Counted from the first letter of the stretch, positions 26,540 through 37,095 are shown. The stretch: 64,000 bases of DNA from Candidatus Woesearchaeota archaeon CG10_big_fil_rev_8_21_14_0_10_44_13 (GCA_002762985.1 PCXZ01000034.1:8431-72430); one strand, 5' to 3'. The notes: generated by a model from the sequence alone, not told the origin. Numbers and translations are program-made.

Positions 26540-29500
26540 ATGAACGGAAAAAAGAGGTGCAAGAAAGGCCAGATGGCTGCATTTGTCCTTATAGGGCTTA
26601 TCCTGCTGATAGGCTCTGCTGCGCTCACTTATGTTCTTTATGTTGCAAAAAAAGCCCCAAGCGATCAGTATTTCCTCGAGCAGCTGCCGGAATCCCTTGA
26701 CAAGACTTCCCTTGATACATTGATGAGATCGTGCATAAAAAAAGTCTCTGATCCTGAGCTTATCAGGATCGCCAAGTACGGCGGGACCATAAGTCCGAAA
26801 GTTAATGAATACCGGACCTATAACAAGACAAGATACAGGTATCTTTGCGACCAGAAGCCTGGCTATACTGAATGCGTGAACAAGATACTCACAAGGGAAA
26901 GCATGCAGGAAGAGCTTCAGGACAAGATAACTGTCGAGGTCGCAGCATGCATGAGTCCGGCGCTGAAATTCTATGAGGACAGGGGATATGAGATAAAATC
27001 AAGCCAGCCTAGCACAAAGGTGATAATAGCCCCTGATGATGTCAACGTCATAGTCAATTATCCTCTTGTCGTCTCAAAAGATGCCACAAAGATAAACACG
27101 ATGGATTATTCTGTGCAGTTCGATTATCCTCTCGGCAAATTGTATGACCTTGCCATGGAGATACTGAACAGCGAGAACAGCGCGGGATATTTCAACCAGG
27201 AAGGATGGATGTTCAACCACAGCATAGAGGTGTTGATACAGAAGCACAGGCCTTATCCTGATGTGACCTATAAGCTGAGCAAGTATGACTGGGAGAAGAA
27301 AGAGCATTATGTCTTCAATTTCGCGCTGCAGGGATATGACAGGCTGCCTGAGCTTGCTGGCCTCGGGTCTTTAGGGTCCAGCGGGCAGATGATAGCATCT
27401 CCTGCTGCTGCCAGATCAAATGCTTATGACCAGAACATGGGATGCTGCAACAACAAGAAAGACGGGAATTGTTTTGAGAATGCAGACAAGAGCTCATGCA
27501 TGAACAACGGCCTTGAATTCAGGACAGGGACATGCGCGCAGAGCGGATTCACGTGCAAGCCCATATCAGAGGATAAGTTCGACAACAGGACAGGGCTCTG
27601 CTATGGCAGGAGATGCAATGCGTGCATGAACGGCACATATGAGTATGGGGACAATGTGAACGATCCTTCCACTTACAGCGGCCCTGCAAAGATGAACGGC
27701 GAGTCCTGGTGCTCGTATGAAGGGCCGAGCGGCCAGGGCCTTGATGCAGTGGGCTCAAGGCATTACAAGCAGATCTGCGTAGACGGGTCAATGCTCGTAG
27801 AGGAATGCGGCGATTACAGGACAGACATCTGTGTTGAACAGGCAGAGACCATAAACGGAAGGCAGATGACAAGGGCTGTCTGCAGGCCGAACAGGTGGCA
27901 GGACTGCCATCTCTTCGGGAGCAACCAGGCAGAATGCACAGACACAGGCAAGAGAGACTGCTATTGGAATGTATTCCAGGATAATTTCCTATTGGGGAAA
28001 CCTCGCGATCAGAGCGAACCAGGCACAGTCACTTCATATGAGGAGAGGCATTGCGCGCCTCAAGTCCCGCCCGGATTGAGATTCTGGAATACTTTGGAAG
28101 GGATGCAGGTCTGCGGATGGGCGAACAATTATTATGAATGCGCTGCTCCGGGATGCTTCCAGGAATGGACCGAGTTCGATGCCATCTACTGCGCAATGCA
28201 GGGAGACTGCGGCATCTACAGGAATTACCTCGGAAAGCTGCCTGAGCTCTCATTGAACAACCTATTCCCTGGAGCAGGGCAATTGCCCGGCGTAGGCACA
28301 AGCTCTATGGGCGGAGGATTCGTGAGCGCGCCGAACCTCATCAATAACCAGATATACGAGCTAGTCCTCCCCAATGCGCAGAATTTCGCGCTTAAGACGT
28401 ACCAAAAGGCGGGAAAGCTGCCATCATATCCTAAAGAGTGGTACCCGAAAACAGTCACTCCTGACATGTTCATACATAACTCCCCGAATGATTATTCCAT
28501 GCTTGGCATCATGAGCTTCTTCCAGAGGTTCGTCGATTGGGGCATGGACAAGCTCAACAATATCGAGGATGACATATGGGACCTCATAGTCCATGGTGAA
28601 TCCATGGAATGGACGGCTCTTGGCGTGAGCATGTGCAATGTCTGGACTCCGAGCACTTCAGCGATCGACTGCGAGAAATGCAACGGCAATCCTTACAGGC
28701 CATGCACGGAATACAAATGCAGGAGCCTTGGCATGTACTGCAATTATGAGGAGATAGACGGAGTGGGCAAATGCTCTTCATATGAGACGTCCACTATAGG
28801 AAAGCCTGTTGTGCAGTTCGACGGCCAGATAACGCCTGGCTACACTACCAAAGGATCGACATTGGCTTCTTCAGATACTGCTTATGTGGGAAAAGAGATA
28901 ATCGAAGCATTGAAGACAGATTATACATTCCAGATAAAGACGAACAGGGAAACCCAATGCATGCTCACTGTAGTGCCCGGAGCATCGTTCGGAATGAACC
29001 CTCCTTTCCCAGGGACAGCGACAGACTACAGCTTCAGGACAAAGCATAATCTCACAATACCTTATACGACTGCTGACGGGCTCTCTGTGATGCTATTGCC
29101 TCTCCAGCTGATGAGCATGATCAGTTTCAATCCTGACCAGATCTGGGCGATATTCAATAACATGGCGAACAGGATAATAACTTATATGGAAGACCTGACT
29201 GATGACTGCAATGACTGCAATGACTGGGATCCGAGCACTGGTTGCGGTAACATCGGCCTTATGGCCCTGAGCAATGATGACTGCGATGAGATGGAAGACA
29301 AGACTGACCAGATCAAGAGCATGTTCTCGCAGATAACTGATTTCTGGCAGAATACAGTAAAGCCGGAAGTGGAGAAGTGGCTGAACACGGCGCAGAAGAA
29401 TGCCATCGATGAGGTATTGAATTATGCCGTTGCCCAGCACAAATACCATGCGTTCGTGAAATGCAGGGACAGGGGGGGGAATGAGAATGAAGTAGACCTT

Positions 29501-30277
29501 GATTTCATAAGGTTCAAGATCAGCCCCAATCCATTGGCTGCTGCACAGGTCCCGGACGGGCCTCCTATTGTAAGGGCGATCGAGCCTCAGAACTGGACAG
29601 AGCAGAGCCCTGATGAAGCAGGCAGGAAAGAGGTCTATGTTTACCTTAATCAACTGTCTGAATGCGCTTATGGCACATCAGACCAGGAATTCATTTACAT
29701 GAATAACAAGTTCCAGTGCCCGAAATCAACATATTACGGCGGCCTTGCAGGAGGATATGTCTGCAATTCAAGCAGACCTTTCGATGAATTGAAGAACCCT
29801 GGCGCGCCGATATACATCAAATGCATAGACCATCCTGAACATTATGAGACATTCAGCTTCAGGCTTGAGCAGGGGACAGAATACGCAGGACCGCAGAGAT
29901 CCGAATGGATAAAGCCAATCACAGAAGGCGAACCAGGCACAGTCATAATAAAGGACCCTAAAACGATAAACCAGAGCATGGAGAAGATAACCGTACCGAG
30001 CATGAGCGTGAAATTCTTCATTGAATTCAAGAGGCAGGAGAACGACAATGAGAAGGCTCTTGAATGCAGATATGCGCCTACGCAGGCAGGGGCCTCTTCA
30101 GGCACGACATTCGTCGATCCCAAGAGCGGAGGCACGCAATGCGACAACTGCACAGCTCTGCTGACTGCGACAGGCACGGACTATTATGTATGGTGCCATT
30201 TCAAGACAGAGCAGAGGAACGCAGGCCAGGCATACCAGTATGTGCTGCAGGAAGCCGCTGCTGAAGCCACGACATGA
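26540..30277 (+). CDS. giant Cys-rich secreted protein, paralog B (~1245 aa from ATG 26540), with a class-III/type-IV-pilin-like signal peptide
   Basis: N-terminal MNGKKRCKKGQMAAFVLIGLILLIGSAALTY. It shares the same conserved blocks as paralog A (RHYKQICVDG...CGDYRTDICVEQ, VCRPNRWQDC, CTEYKCRSLGMYCNYEEIDGVGKCS, CRDRGGNENEVDL). Confidence 0.7.
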   Translation: MNGKKRCKKGQMAAFVLIGLILLIGSAALTYVLYVAKKAPSDQYFLEQLPESLDKTSLDTLMRSCIKKVSDPELIRIAKYGGTISPKVNEYRTYNKTRYRYLCDQKPGYTECVNKILTRESMQEELQDKITVEVAACMSPALKFYEDRGYEIKSSQPSTKVIIAPDDVNVIVNYPLVVSKDATKINTMDYSVQFDYPLGKLYDLAMEILNSENSAGYFNQEGWMFNHSIEVLIQKHRPYPDVTYKLSKYDWEKKEHYVFNFALQGYDRLPELAGLGSLGSSGQMIASPAAARSNAYDQNMGCCNNKKDGNCFENADKSSCMNNGLEFRTGTCAQSGFTCKPISEDKFDNRTGLCYGRRCNACMNGTYEYGDNVNDPSTYSGPAKMNGESWCSYEGPSGQGLDAVGSRHYKQICVDGSMLVEECGDYRTDICVEQAETINGRQMTRAVCRPNRWQDCHLFGSNQAECTDTGKRDCYWNVFQDNFLLGKPRDQSEPGTVTSYEERHCAPQVPPGLRFWNTLEGMQVCGWANNYYECAAPGCFQEWTEFDAIYCAMQGDCGIYRNYLGKLPELSLNNLFPGAGQLPGVGTSSMGGGFVSAPNLINNQIYELVLPNAQNFALKTYQKAGKLPSYPKEWYPKTVTPDMFIHNSPNDYSMLGIMSFFQRFVDWGMDKLNNIEDDIWDLIVHGESMEWTALGVSMCNVWTPSTSAIDCEKCNGNPYRPCTEYKCRSLGMYCNYEEIDGVGKCSSYETSTIGKPVVQFDGQITPGYTTKGSTLASSDTAYVGKEIIEALKTDYTFQIKTNRETQCMLTVVPGASFGMNPPFPGTATDYSFRTKHNLTIPYTTADGLSVMLLPLQLMSMISFNPDQIWAIFNNMANRIITYMEDLTDDCNDCNDWDPSTGCGNIGLMALSNDDCDEMEDKTDQIKSMFSQITDFWQNTVKPEVEKWLNTAQKNAIDEVLNYAVAQHKYHAFVKCRDRGGNENEVDLDFIRFKISPNPLAAAQVPDGPPIVRAIEPQNWTEQSPDEAGRKEVYVYLNQLSECAYGTSDQEFIYMNNKFQCPKSTYYGGLAGGYVCNSSRPFDELKNPGAPIYIKCIDHPEHYETFSFRLEQGTEYAGPQRSEWIKPITEGEPGTVIIKDPKTINQSMEKITVPSMSVKFFIEFKRQENDNEKALECRYAPTQAGASSGTTFVDPKSGGTQCDNCTALLTATGTDYYVWCHFKTEQRNAGQAYQYVLQEAAAEATT

Positions 30278-30427
30278 ATAATCTGATAGTCGCTTCAATT
30301 ATATTCCGAGAGATGAGAGATTAAACCCGGCAATTTTCAATAAAAAAACTTGATAAGATTAATATCTTGATCGGACATCTTGAGATATTCCATAAAATAT
30401 TTAAACAATATGAGGTTTTTTTGCAAT

Positions 30428-31174
30428 ATGGCTTACATATCAAAAGGAGTGTGGACTATATTTCTTGATGAGTTCATAGAGTCGTTAAAGACAAGGAAAG
30501 CGCTGGCGATAATAATATCCTACCTTTTCCTAATGTTCATAGGCATAAAAGTTGGGTCTGTCTTTGAGATATTCGCATGGGCGCTTGCAGGCAGCAGGCA
30601 GTCATTCTCCATACTTCTCCCGTATTACATCTCAGTGGGGCTTCTGCCGCTGTTCTCTATAATAATAAGCTATAATCTCATCTCAGAGGAGATAAGCGGG
30701 GGCTCAATCAAGTTCATGGCGTATAGGACGGACAGGCTCTCGATATTGGGCGGCAAGATACTCTCATCATTCGTGCTGTCTGCAATGATGATATTCATAG
30801 CGTATGCAACAGCGCTTTTCTATGTGCACTCTAAAAACGGGCTTTGGTTCTTCATACCTTACCTGGTATCATGGATCTACCTGAGCATATATGCATTCTG
30901 CTTCATATGCCTTACAGTCGCTGTCTCGATGGTGGCAAGGACGCCTTCAGCATCCATAATATGGTCATTGCTCGTGTCCATATTGTTCCTTGTCGCCATG
31001 AATTTCAATTATATAAGTTTCTTCTCCCCGTTTTACTTCTCAACAAAGGCCCTTGACTATCTCATCAAAGGCATCTCTTTGAACATGATACTGGGCCTGA
31101 ATGTGCTTTTGCTGCATACACTGCTGTATTTTTTGATAAGTTTTGCTGTGCTGAAAAAATCTGATCTTGACTGA
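30428..31174 (+). CDS. ABC-2 family transporter permease
   Basis: Six predicted TM helices. The gene overlaps the downstream ABC ATPase gene. The start is taken at MAYISKG, downstream of the TATA-like aaaatatttaaac; the ORF-track start at 30380 would sit on the promoter. Confidence 0.55.
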   Translation: MAYISKGVWTIFLDEFIESLKTRKALAIIISYLFLMFIGIKVGSVFEIFAWALAGSRQSFSILLPYYISVGLLPLFSIIISYNLISEEISGGSIKFMAYRTDRLSILGGKILSSFVLSAMMIFIAYATALFYVHSKNGLWFFIPYLVSWIYLSIYAFCFICLTVAVSMVARTPSASIIWSLLVSILFLVAMNFNYISFFSPFYFSTKALDYLIKGISLNMILGLNVLLLHTLLYFLISFAVLKKSDLD

Positions 31175-31229
31175 GGTTCCATTAAATCATCTGGATCAAT
31201 CATCTGAATCGACAAGAGGGAAAAGAAGA

Positions 31230-31973
31230 ATGGCGGATAAGGGGAAGGATAAGGAAGGGAATATTGTCGTCAAGACAGAAGGATTGGTGAAGTTTTACGG
31301 CAAGAATAAGGCCCTTAATGGCCTCAGCATGAATGTCCCTGAGAGGGCGATATACGGCCTTGTAGGGCCGAATGGCGCCGGAAAAACAACTACATTGGGG
31401 ATATTATCAACGTTCATAAGGCCTAACTCCGGCAGCGTGGAGATCTATGGCAATGATATAATAAAAGAGCCGGAAAAGATAAGGGGATTGATAGGAATAC
31501 TGCCGCAGAGGGCAGAGTTCTATGCCAATAGGACTGCGCTTGACATAATGACCTTCTATTCCAAGCTTGCTGGTCTCAATGGAAAAGAGGCCTTTGAAAA
31601 TGCTGACAGGCTGCTTGACAAGGTGGGGATGACTGAGCATAAGGACAAGAAGATGAAGGAGATGTCCCACGGCATGTTCAAGCTCATGGGGATAGCCCAG
31701 ACGCTGATTGGCAATCCTAAGATAATAATGCTTGATGAAGCAACATCAGGCCTTGACCCTAAAGTCGCCTATAACATAAGGAAGCTTGTTAGGGAGCTGA
31801 AAAAAGACACTACGATAATATTCAGCTCGCATAACCTTTACGAAGTTGAGGATCTCTGCGATTATGTTGGGATAATCCATAATGGGAAGATAATCGCTGA
31901 AGGCAGGACAAAAAGCATAGTGAAAAAAGGGAAATCCCTTGAAAAGGTTTTCATGGAGAAGATGGAGGAGTAG
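31230..31973 (+). CDS. ABC transporter ATP-binding protein
   Basis: Walker A GPNGAGKTT, Q-loop, signature-like SHGMFKLMGIAQ, Walker B IIMLDEATSGLD and an H-loop. Confidence 0.85.
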   Translation: MADKGKDKEGNIVVKTEGLVKFYGKNKALNGLSMNVPERAIYGLVGPNGAGKTTTLGILSTFIRPNSGSVEIYGNDIIKEPEKIRGLIGILPQRAEFYANRTALDIMTFYSKLAGLNGKEAFENADRLLDKVGMTEHKDKKMKEMSHGMFKLMGIAQTLIGNPKIIMLDEATSGLDPKVAYNIRKLVRELKKDTTIIFSSHNLYEVEDLCDYVGIIHNGKIIAEGRTKSIVKKGKSLEKVFMEKMEE

Positions 31974-32111
31974 AAATCTTCTGCTGTTTGTTTTCATAGG
32001 TTATTTTTAGTAGGTTATGATTGTCTATTATAATCAGCCTGAATATCCGCCGATAGTATTAGCCCACCATAACGGCCCATATGTGATATGTATATTCAGT
32101 AGGTATTTCAT

Positions 32112-32129
32112 TACAAAATATTTATAAAT
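32112..32129 (+). promoter_or_regulatory. promoter element tacaaaatatttataaat (BRE/TATA-like) upstream of secF
   Basis: An identical 18-mer occurs at 39674-39691 upstream of nop5. The TATA-like core tttataaat lies ~30 nt from the ATG. Confidence 0.45.
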
Positions 32130-32161
32130 AAACCTTTTTTCTGCTAGAGGGGGCAAGGATA

Positions 32162-33229
32162 ATGGAAGAATGGTCTAAAAAGCGTTTAAGAAGGGAAAAA
32201 GCAAGGCTTAAGCTCCTTAAGAAAGAAGGCCTGATAAAGGAAGAGGCAGGCGATGCTGCGCATGCTTCCAATGATGATTCTAAGCCTGAACACCATGCCC
32301 ATGCAAGGCCAAAAACGCAGGGTTTTGTTGGCAAGATAAGGCACCTGTATGAGCATGATTACAAGAAACTGCTTTTCCTCACATTAACGGTGCTGCTGCT
32401 GGCAATAGCCCAGATAGGCTATCAGATGGCGACTACAGGCGATTTCATAAATAAAGGCGTCTCCCTGAAAGGAGGGATAACAGTTACTGTGCCAAGTTCT
32501 GATTATGATTTTTTAGCATTTGAGAAGCAGCTTAGGGATAATTTCAAGGGAAGTGATATAGGTGTAAGGAAGTTCTCTGCTGCAGGCACACAGAGCGGCC
32601 TTCTTATCGAGGCAGACATAACAGACAAGGAAGATATAGACAATTTCGAGAATATGATTGAAACGACCTTAGGCATAACAAAAAGCGATTACAGCATTGA
32701 GATGGTAGGCTCATCATTGGGGGCAAGCTTCTTCAAGGAGATATTGATGGCGATATTCTTCGCATTCGTGTTCATGGCGATAACAGTCTTCCTTTATTTC
32801 AGGGTCCCTATACCTTCATTGCTTGTCAGCTTGGCAGCATTCTCGACAATAACATCTACCATAGCCGTTGTCAATCTCATAGGGATGAAGATATCCACTG
32901 CAGGTATAGCGGCTTACCTAATGCTCATAGGCTATTCAGTGGACACAGACATACTCCTGACGACAAGGGTATTGAGGAGGAGAGAGGGCACGATAATGGA
33001 CGGCGTCTATTCTGCATTGAAAACCGGCCTCACTATGACCCTCACAACAGTCGCAGCTGTCGGTGTTGCATTGATATTCTCGAAATCAGAGGTATTGAGG
33101 CAGATAATGATAATAATAATGATAGGCCTTGTATTCGATATCTTCTATACCTGGATACAGAACGTAACCACATTGAGGATGTACCTGGAGAAGAGGCCCG
33201 AGAAAGGGGAGATAAAGCAAGATGTATAA
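32162..33229 (+). CDS. secF: protein-export membrane protein SecF
   Basis: The C-terminal six-TM region carries the SecD/F signature LMLIGYSVDTDILLTTRV. The protein is 355 aa, and its 3' end overlaps secD. Confidence 0.6.
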   Translation: MEEWSKKRLRREKARLKLLKKEGLIKEEAGDAAHASNDDSKPEHHAHARPKTQGFVGKIRHLYEHDYKKLLFLTLTVLLLAIAQIGYQMATTGDFINKGVSLKGGITVTVPSSDYDFLAFEKQLRDNFKGSDIGVRKFSAAGTQSGLLIEADITDKEDIDNFENMIETTLGITKSDYSIEMVGSSLGASFFKEILMAIFFAFVFMAITVFLYFRVPIPSLLVSLAAFSTITSTIAVVNLIGMKISTAGIAAYLMLIGYSVDTDILLTTRVLRRREGTIMDGVYSALKTGLTMTLTTVAAVGVALIFSKSEVLRQIMIIIMIGLVFDIFYTWIQNVTTLRMYLEKRPEKGEIKQDV

Positions 33230-34946
33230 GATAAAGAAGATGTTCAAGAATTTCAGGATCGTTCTGGCTTTCATATTCATAGTGCTGGCCATAGTAGCGA
33301 TAAATCCTGCCCCATGGGCGGATGGCGTTGCGATAAGGAATGTAGTCAAGAACAGCTCTGCATCGATAGGAGGGATTGAAAATCCGAAACCTAATGCCCC
33401 TCCGAGAAGCAGGGAGATACTGACTTCCATCAACAACAGGAAGATAAGCGATGTAGAGGAATATTACGAATTCGTCAAGACGCTTGAGGTCAACAGGACA
33501 ATACAGGTGAAGACAAACAAAGGGACTTACAAGCTGATCACGAAGCCCGAGTATGATATGATATACCTGAACGGGACAGAAATAAAGATGGTAGATGAGC
33601 TTCAGGAATATAATGAGACTGTCAATGGCACTTTGGTGCTGGTCAATAAGACAGTGAAAAAACAGGTGACGGTGCAGAAAACAGAGCTCAAGTTCAAAGG
33701 CGTAGAAGACATTGGATTAAGGGTGTATGATGCTCCTACAAACAATATAAGGAAAGGCCTTGATCTCCAGGGAGGCACAAGAGTGCTGCTTAAACCAGAG
33801 GAAGAGATTGAGAGGAGCGAGATGGAGATCCTTCTCTCTAACATGAAAGAGAGGCTGAATGTATACGGCCTAAGCGATGTCACTGTCAGGGAGACTTCTG
33901 ACCTCAGCGGCAACCAGTATGTCCTTGTCGAGATAGCAGGAGCCAATGAAGAGGACGTGAGGGAACTCCTCTCAAAGCAGGGGAAATTTGAGGCAAAAGT
34001 CGCAAATACTACTGTCTTCAAGGGAGGAGGAGATATAACATATGTATGCAGGAGCGCTGAATGCTCCGGAATAGACCCCCAGCAGGGCTGCGGGATTTCT
34101 TCAGATGGAAGCTGGGTATGCAGGTTCAGGTTCTCGATATCACTAACGCCAGAAGCAGCGCAGAGGCAGGCAGCCACTACTGTAAATCTTGATATAATAA
34201 CAGAGGATGGCGAGCAATACCTGAGCGAAAAGATCTACCTCTTCCTGGATAATTCATTGGTTGATTCCCTGAACATAGGCGCTGAGCTAAAAGGAAGGCC
34301 AGTGACAGACATCTCGATAGCAGGAGCAGGAGCAGGCAGGACAAGGGAAGAGGCGACATATGATGCATTGAACAATATGAAAAGGCTCCAGACTATACTG
34401 ATAACAGGATCGTTGCCTGTCAAGATGGAGATAATAGAGACAAACAATATCTCCCCTACATTGGGCGACGAATTCACTAAGAACGCCATATTCATGGGGA
34501 CCATTGCCATACTTGCAGTTGCTGTTGTTGTGTTCTTCAGGTACAGGAAACTGCAGATAGCCTTGCCAATGGTCGTCACTATGAGCTTTGAGGTTATACT
34601 GCTTTTGGGCCTTGCTGCACTAGTCGGCTGGAATCTTGACCTTGCGGCAATCGCTGGCATAATAGTCGCAGCAGGAACTGGGGTGGATGACCAGATAGTG
34701 ATCGCTGACGAAATCCTGAAGGGAGAGGCTGATGTAAGCTCTGGATGGAAGCAGAAGATGAAAAGGGCTTTCTTCATAATAATGGGCTCCTATCTCACTG
34801 TTGTTGTGGCCATGATACCTCTGCTTTTCGCGGGCGCGGGCATGCTGAAAGGATTTGCGTTCACGACCATAGCGGGAGTGAGCTTCGGCGTTTTCATAAC
34901 AAGGCCGGCTTATGCTGCAATGGCAGAGATACTGCTAAAGAAGTGA
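33222..34946 (+). CDS. secD: protein-export membrane protein SecD
   Basis: 574 aa. An N-terminal TM and a large extracytoplasmic domain are followed by the C-terminal SecD/F TM bundle (...AAGTGVDDQIVIADEIL...). Confidence 0.65.
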   Translation: MYKIKKMFKNFRIVLAFIFIVLAIVAINPAPWADGVAIRNVVKNSSASIGGIENPKPNAPPRSREILTSINNRKISDVEEYYEFVKTLEVNRTIQVKTNKGTYKLITKPEYDMIYLNGTEIKMVDELQEYNETVNGTLVLVNKTVKKQVTVQKTELKFKGVEDIGLRVYDAPTNNIRKGLDLQGGTRVLLKPEEEIERSEMEILLSNMKERLNVYGLSDVTVRETSDLSGNQYVLVEIAGANEEDVRELLSKQGKFEAKVANTTVFKGGGDITYVCRSAECSGIDPQQGCGISSDGSWVCRFRFSISLTPEAAQRQAATTVNLDIITEDGEQYLSEKIYLFLDNSLVDSLNIGAELKGRPVTDISIAGAGAGRTREEATYDALNNMKRLQTILITGSLPVKMEIIETNNISPTLGDEFTKNAIFMGTIAILAVAVVVFFRYRKLQIALPMVVTMSFEVILLLGLAALVGWNLDLAAIAGIIVAAGTGVDDQIVIADEILKGEADVSSGWKQKMKRAFFIIMGSYLTVVVAMIPLLFAGAGMLKGFAFTTIAGVSFGVFITRPAYAAMAEILLKK

Positions 34947-34976
34947 ATTTAGGTTGTGAAGATATAAAAAAGAGAA

Positions 34977-35444
34977 ATGGCAAAAGACAAGTTATTGACT
35001 GCTGTAACAAGCATTGCACTGCTGACACTGTTGATTATCATAGCGGTTTCTTTTTCTGCAAACCAGAAATTCATTATAGGCCCCCTTCTTATTTTCCTTG
35101 GTATTGTCTCGTTCGTGTCTGCACTGATATTCAAAATCCCGCTGCACTCTTTAAGGCCCGACATAATCTTCGGACTTATTGACAACGGCATCCTCGCAGT
35201 ATTCGCATTGATAGGCGCAGAGCTTTTCGGCGTCTGGGGTGCTATAGTCGGGGGGGCTGTAGGCAATGCCATAACAGACGGATTTGCAGGGATATTTGAA
35301 GGGCATGAAGCGCAAAGGATGAGGAAGCTGAAGATTGATGACAAAAGGACTGCATTGATATCTGCAACAGGGAAACTTGCGGGCTGCCTGTTCGGGGCAG
35401 GCGTTGTTTTGACAATAGTATGGACAATACTGGGGATTGGGTGA
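34977..35444 (+). CDS. small Gly-zipper-rich integral membrane protein
   Basis: 155 aa with 4 predicted TM helices (e.g. AVFALIGAELFGVWGAIVGGAVGNAITDG). The overlapping minus-strand ORFs look like frame artefacts. Confidence 0.4.
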   Translation: MAKDKLLTAVTSIALLTLLIIIAVSFSANQKFIIGPLLIFLGIVSFVSALIFKIPLHSLRPDIIFGLIDNGILAVFALIGAELFGVWGAIVGGAVGNAITDGFAGIFEGHEAQRMRKLKIDDKRTALISATGKLAGCLFGAGVVLTIVWTILGIG

Positions 35445-35450
35445 AACTGA

Positions 35451-36134
35451 ATGAAAACATATGTCATATCTCTTGGCGGTTCTTTGATCTTTCCTGATGA
35501 TATTGATGTTTTTTTCCTGAAGAGATTTCGGAAATTTATCCTCGACCAGATAAAAGGCAAAAAAGCGAAGAGGTTTGTGATTATCTGCGGCGGCGGCAAC
35601 ATAAACAAGCAGTACAACAATGCGATAATGTCCATAACGGATCCCGGCGATGAAGCCCTCGACTGGGTGGGAATAAATGCGACGAAGATGAACGCGTTCT
35701 TTGTGAAAACATTGTTTGGAAGCCATGCTTATGAAGATGTGGTGGATAATCCGACGAAAAAAGTGAAGACAGGGAAGAAGATAATCGTCGGCTCAGGCTG
35801 GAAGCCGGGCTGGAGCACTGACCTTGATTCTGTCCTGGCCGCAAAGACATACAAGGCGGACATGATAATAAACCTGACTAATGTCGATTATGTCTATACA
35901 AAAGACCCGAAGGAATCCAGGGATGCAGAAGCGATAAAAGAGATCTCATGGAAGGGATTCAGGAAATTAGTCGGGGATAGATGGTCTCCGAGACTGAATA
36001 TGCCATTCGATCCTATTGCTGCGAAGATGGCTGAGAAAAACAAGGCCAAGGTGATAATCGCAAATGGAAGGAATATCAATAATCTTAAGGAAATTCTTGA
36101 CGGGAAAAGATTCATAGGCACGATCATAAGATAG
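35451..36134 (+). CDS. pyrH: archaeal-type uridylate (UMP) kinase
   Basis: Collinear with archaeal PyrH: LGGSLI, VIICGGGNINKQY, VGINATKMNAF, VGSGWKPGWSTDLDSVLAA, INLTNVDYVYTKDPK and DPIAAKMAEKNKAKVIIANG. Confidence 0.8.
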   Translation: MKTYVISLGGSLIFPDDIDVFFLKRFRKFILDQIKGKKAKRFVIICGGGNINKQYNNAIMSITDPGDEALDWVGINATKMNAFFVKTLFGSHAYEDVVDNPTKKVKTGKKIIVGSGWKPGWSTDLDSVLAAKTYKADMIINLTNVDYVYTKDPKESRDAEAIKEISWKGFRKLVGDRWSPRLNMPFDPIAAKMAEKNKAKVIIANGRNINNLKEILDGKRFIGTIIR

Positions 36135-36195
36135 GATGCGGGAATACATGATAGGATATAAGAGGATGCAATGAAAAGATAATAAAAACCATAAT

Positions 36196-37095
36196 CTAGA
36201 CTATCCTTGTCTTATTCTCGTCCCAATGCAGCAATTTCTCCCAATTCTTGTCTATGTTCTTCTGTATCTCCTCTATCTCTTTGGGCTGCAGATGGGAGAA
36301 TCTTGACTGCGTCTTCAGGTAATCCTCAACGGGGATCTCCTTTGATGGCTTGTTCGTCAGTGTCATTATGCCATCCTCTATCTCGAACAGAGGCGTAACT
36401 TTTGCCTTGAAGGCCAGCTTTGCCATCTCGATGCTGAGGTTGCTGGCATAACCCCATCCAGGGACGCAGGGGGAGAATATCTGGATATATGAGACTCCTT
36501 CATGCTCAAAGCTTTTCTTGACCTTCTTGATTATGTCGTGCGGGAAAGCGACTGATGCTGTCGCAACATAGCAGCCATGGGCCGCCATTATCAGCGGCAT
36601 GTCCTTCCTGAACTCCGTCTTGCCATGGATCTTCTTCCCTGCAGGGCTTGTTGTCGTAGAGGCATATTTTGGCGTGGCGCCGCTGCGCTGTATGCCCGTG
36701 TTCATATAGGCCTCATTGTCAAAGCAGACATAGGTGAACTTGTGCCCCCTTTCAGCGGCTCCGCTCAGCGCCTGGAAACCTATATCGAATGTGCCTCCAT
36801 CGCCTGCCAATGCCAATAAATTGATTTTTTTCCTTTTCTTCAGCTTGATCAATCCTTTGTCGATGCCCGAAGCAAGGCTTGCAGCAGTCTCGAAAGCCGC
36901 GTGTGCCCATGGCAATCTCCATGATGTCTGCGGAAAAGGTGTTGAGAACACCTCAAGGCAGCCTGTCGCATTCGATACCACTGTGTTCCTTCCTGCCCCC
37001 TTGAGAACATATCTCACTGCCAAGGCCTGGCCGCAGCCTGCGCATGCCCTGTGGCCTTGCGCAAAATACTCCTCAGTCGTTATGTTGTTTATCAT
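36196..37095 (-). CDS. porB: pyruvate/2-oxoacid:ferredoxin oxidoreductase beta subunit (TPP-binding)
   Basis: GDGG-x(n)-N TPP motif (LALAGDGGTFDIGFQAL...FDNEAYMNTG) and N-terminal Cys ligands CAGCG. Confidence 0.85.
   Translation of the reverse strand: MINNITTEEYFAQGHRACAGCGQALAVRYVLKGAGRNTVVSNATGCLEVFSTPFPQTSWRLPWAHAAFETAASLASGIDKGLIKLKKRKKINLLALAGDGGTFDIGFQALSGAAERGHKFTYVCFDNEAYMNTGIQRSGATPKYASTTTSPAGKKIHGKTEFRKDMPLIMAAHGCYVATASVAFPHDIIKKVKKSFEHEGVSYIQIFSPCVPGWGYASNLSIEMAKLAFKAKVTPLFEIEDGIMTLTNKPSKEIPVEDYLKTQSRFSHLQPKEIEEIQKNIDKNWEKLLHWDENKTRIV

Noticed and set aside
34949-35726. Minus-strand ORFs of 228 and 191 aa overlapping 34977..35444 and the start of pyrH
   Set aside because: They overlap a well-supported pyrH and a plausible Gly-zipper membrane protein. 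They have low-complexity Pro/Ser-rich translations typical of antisense frames.
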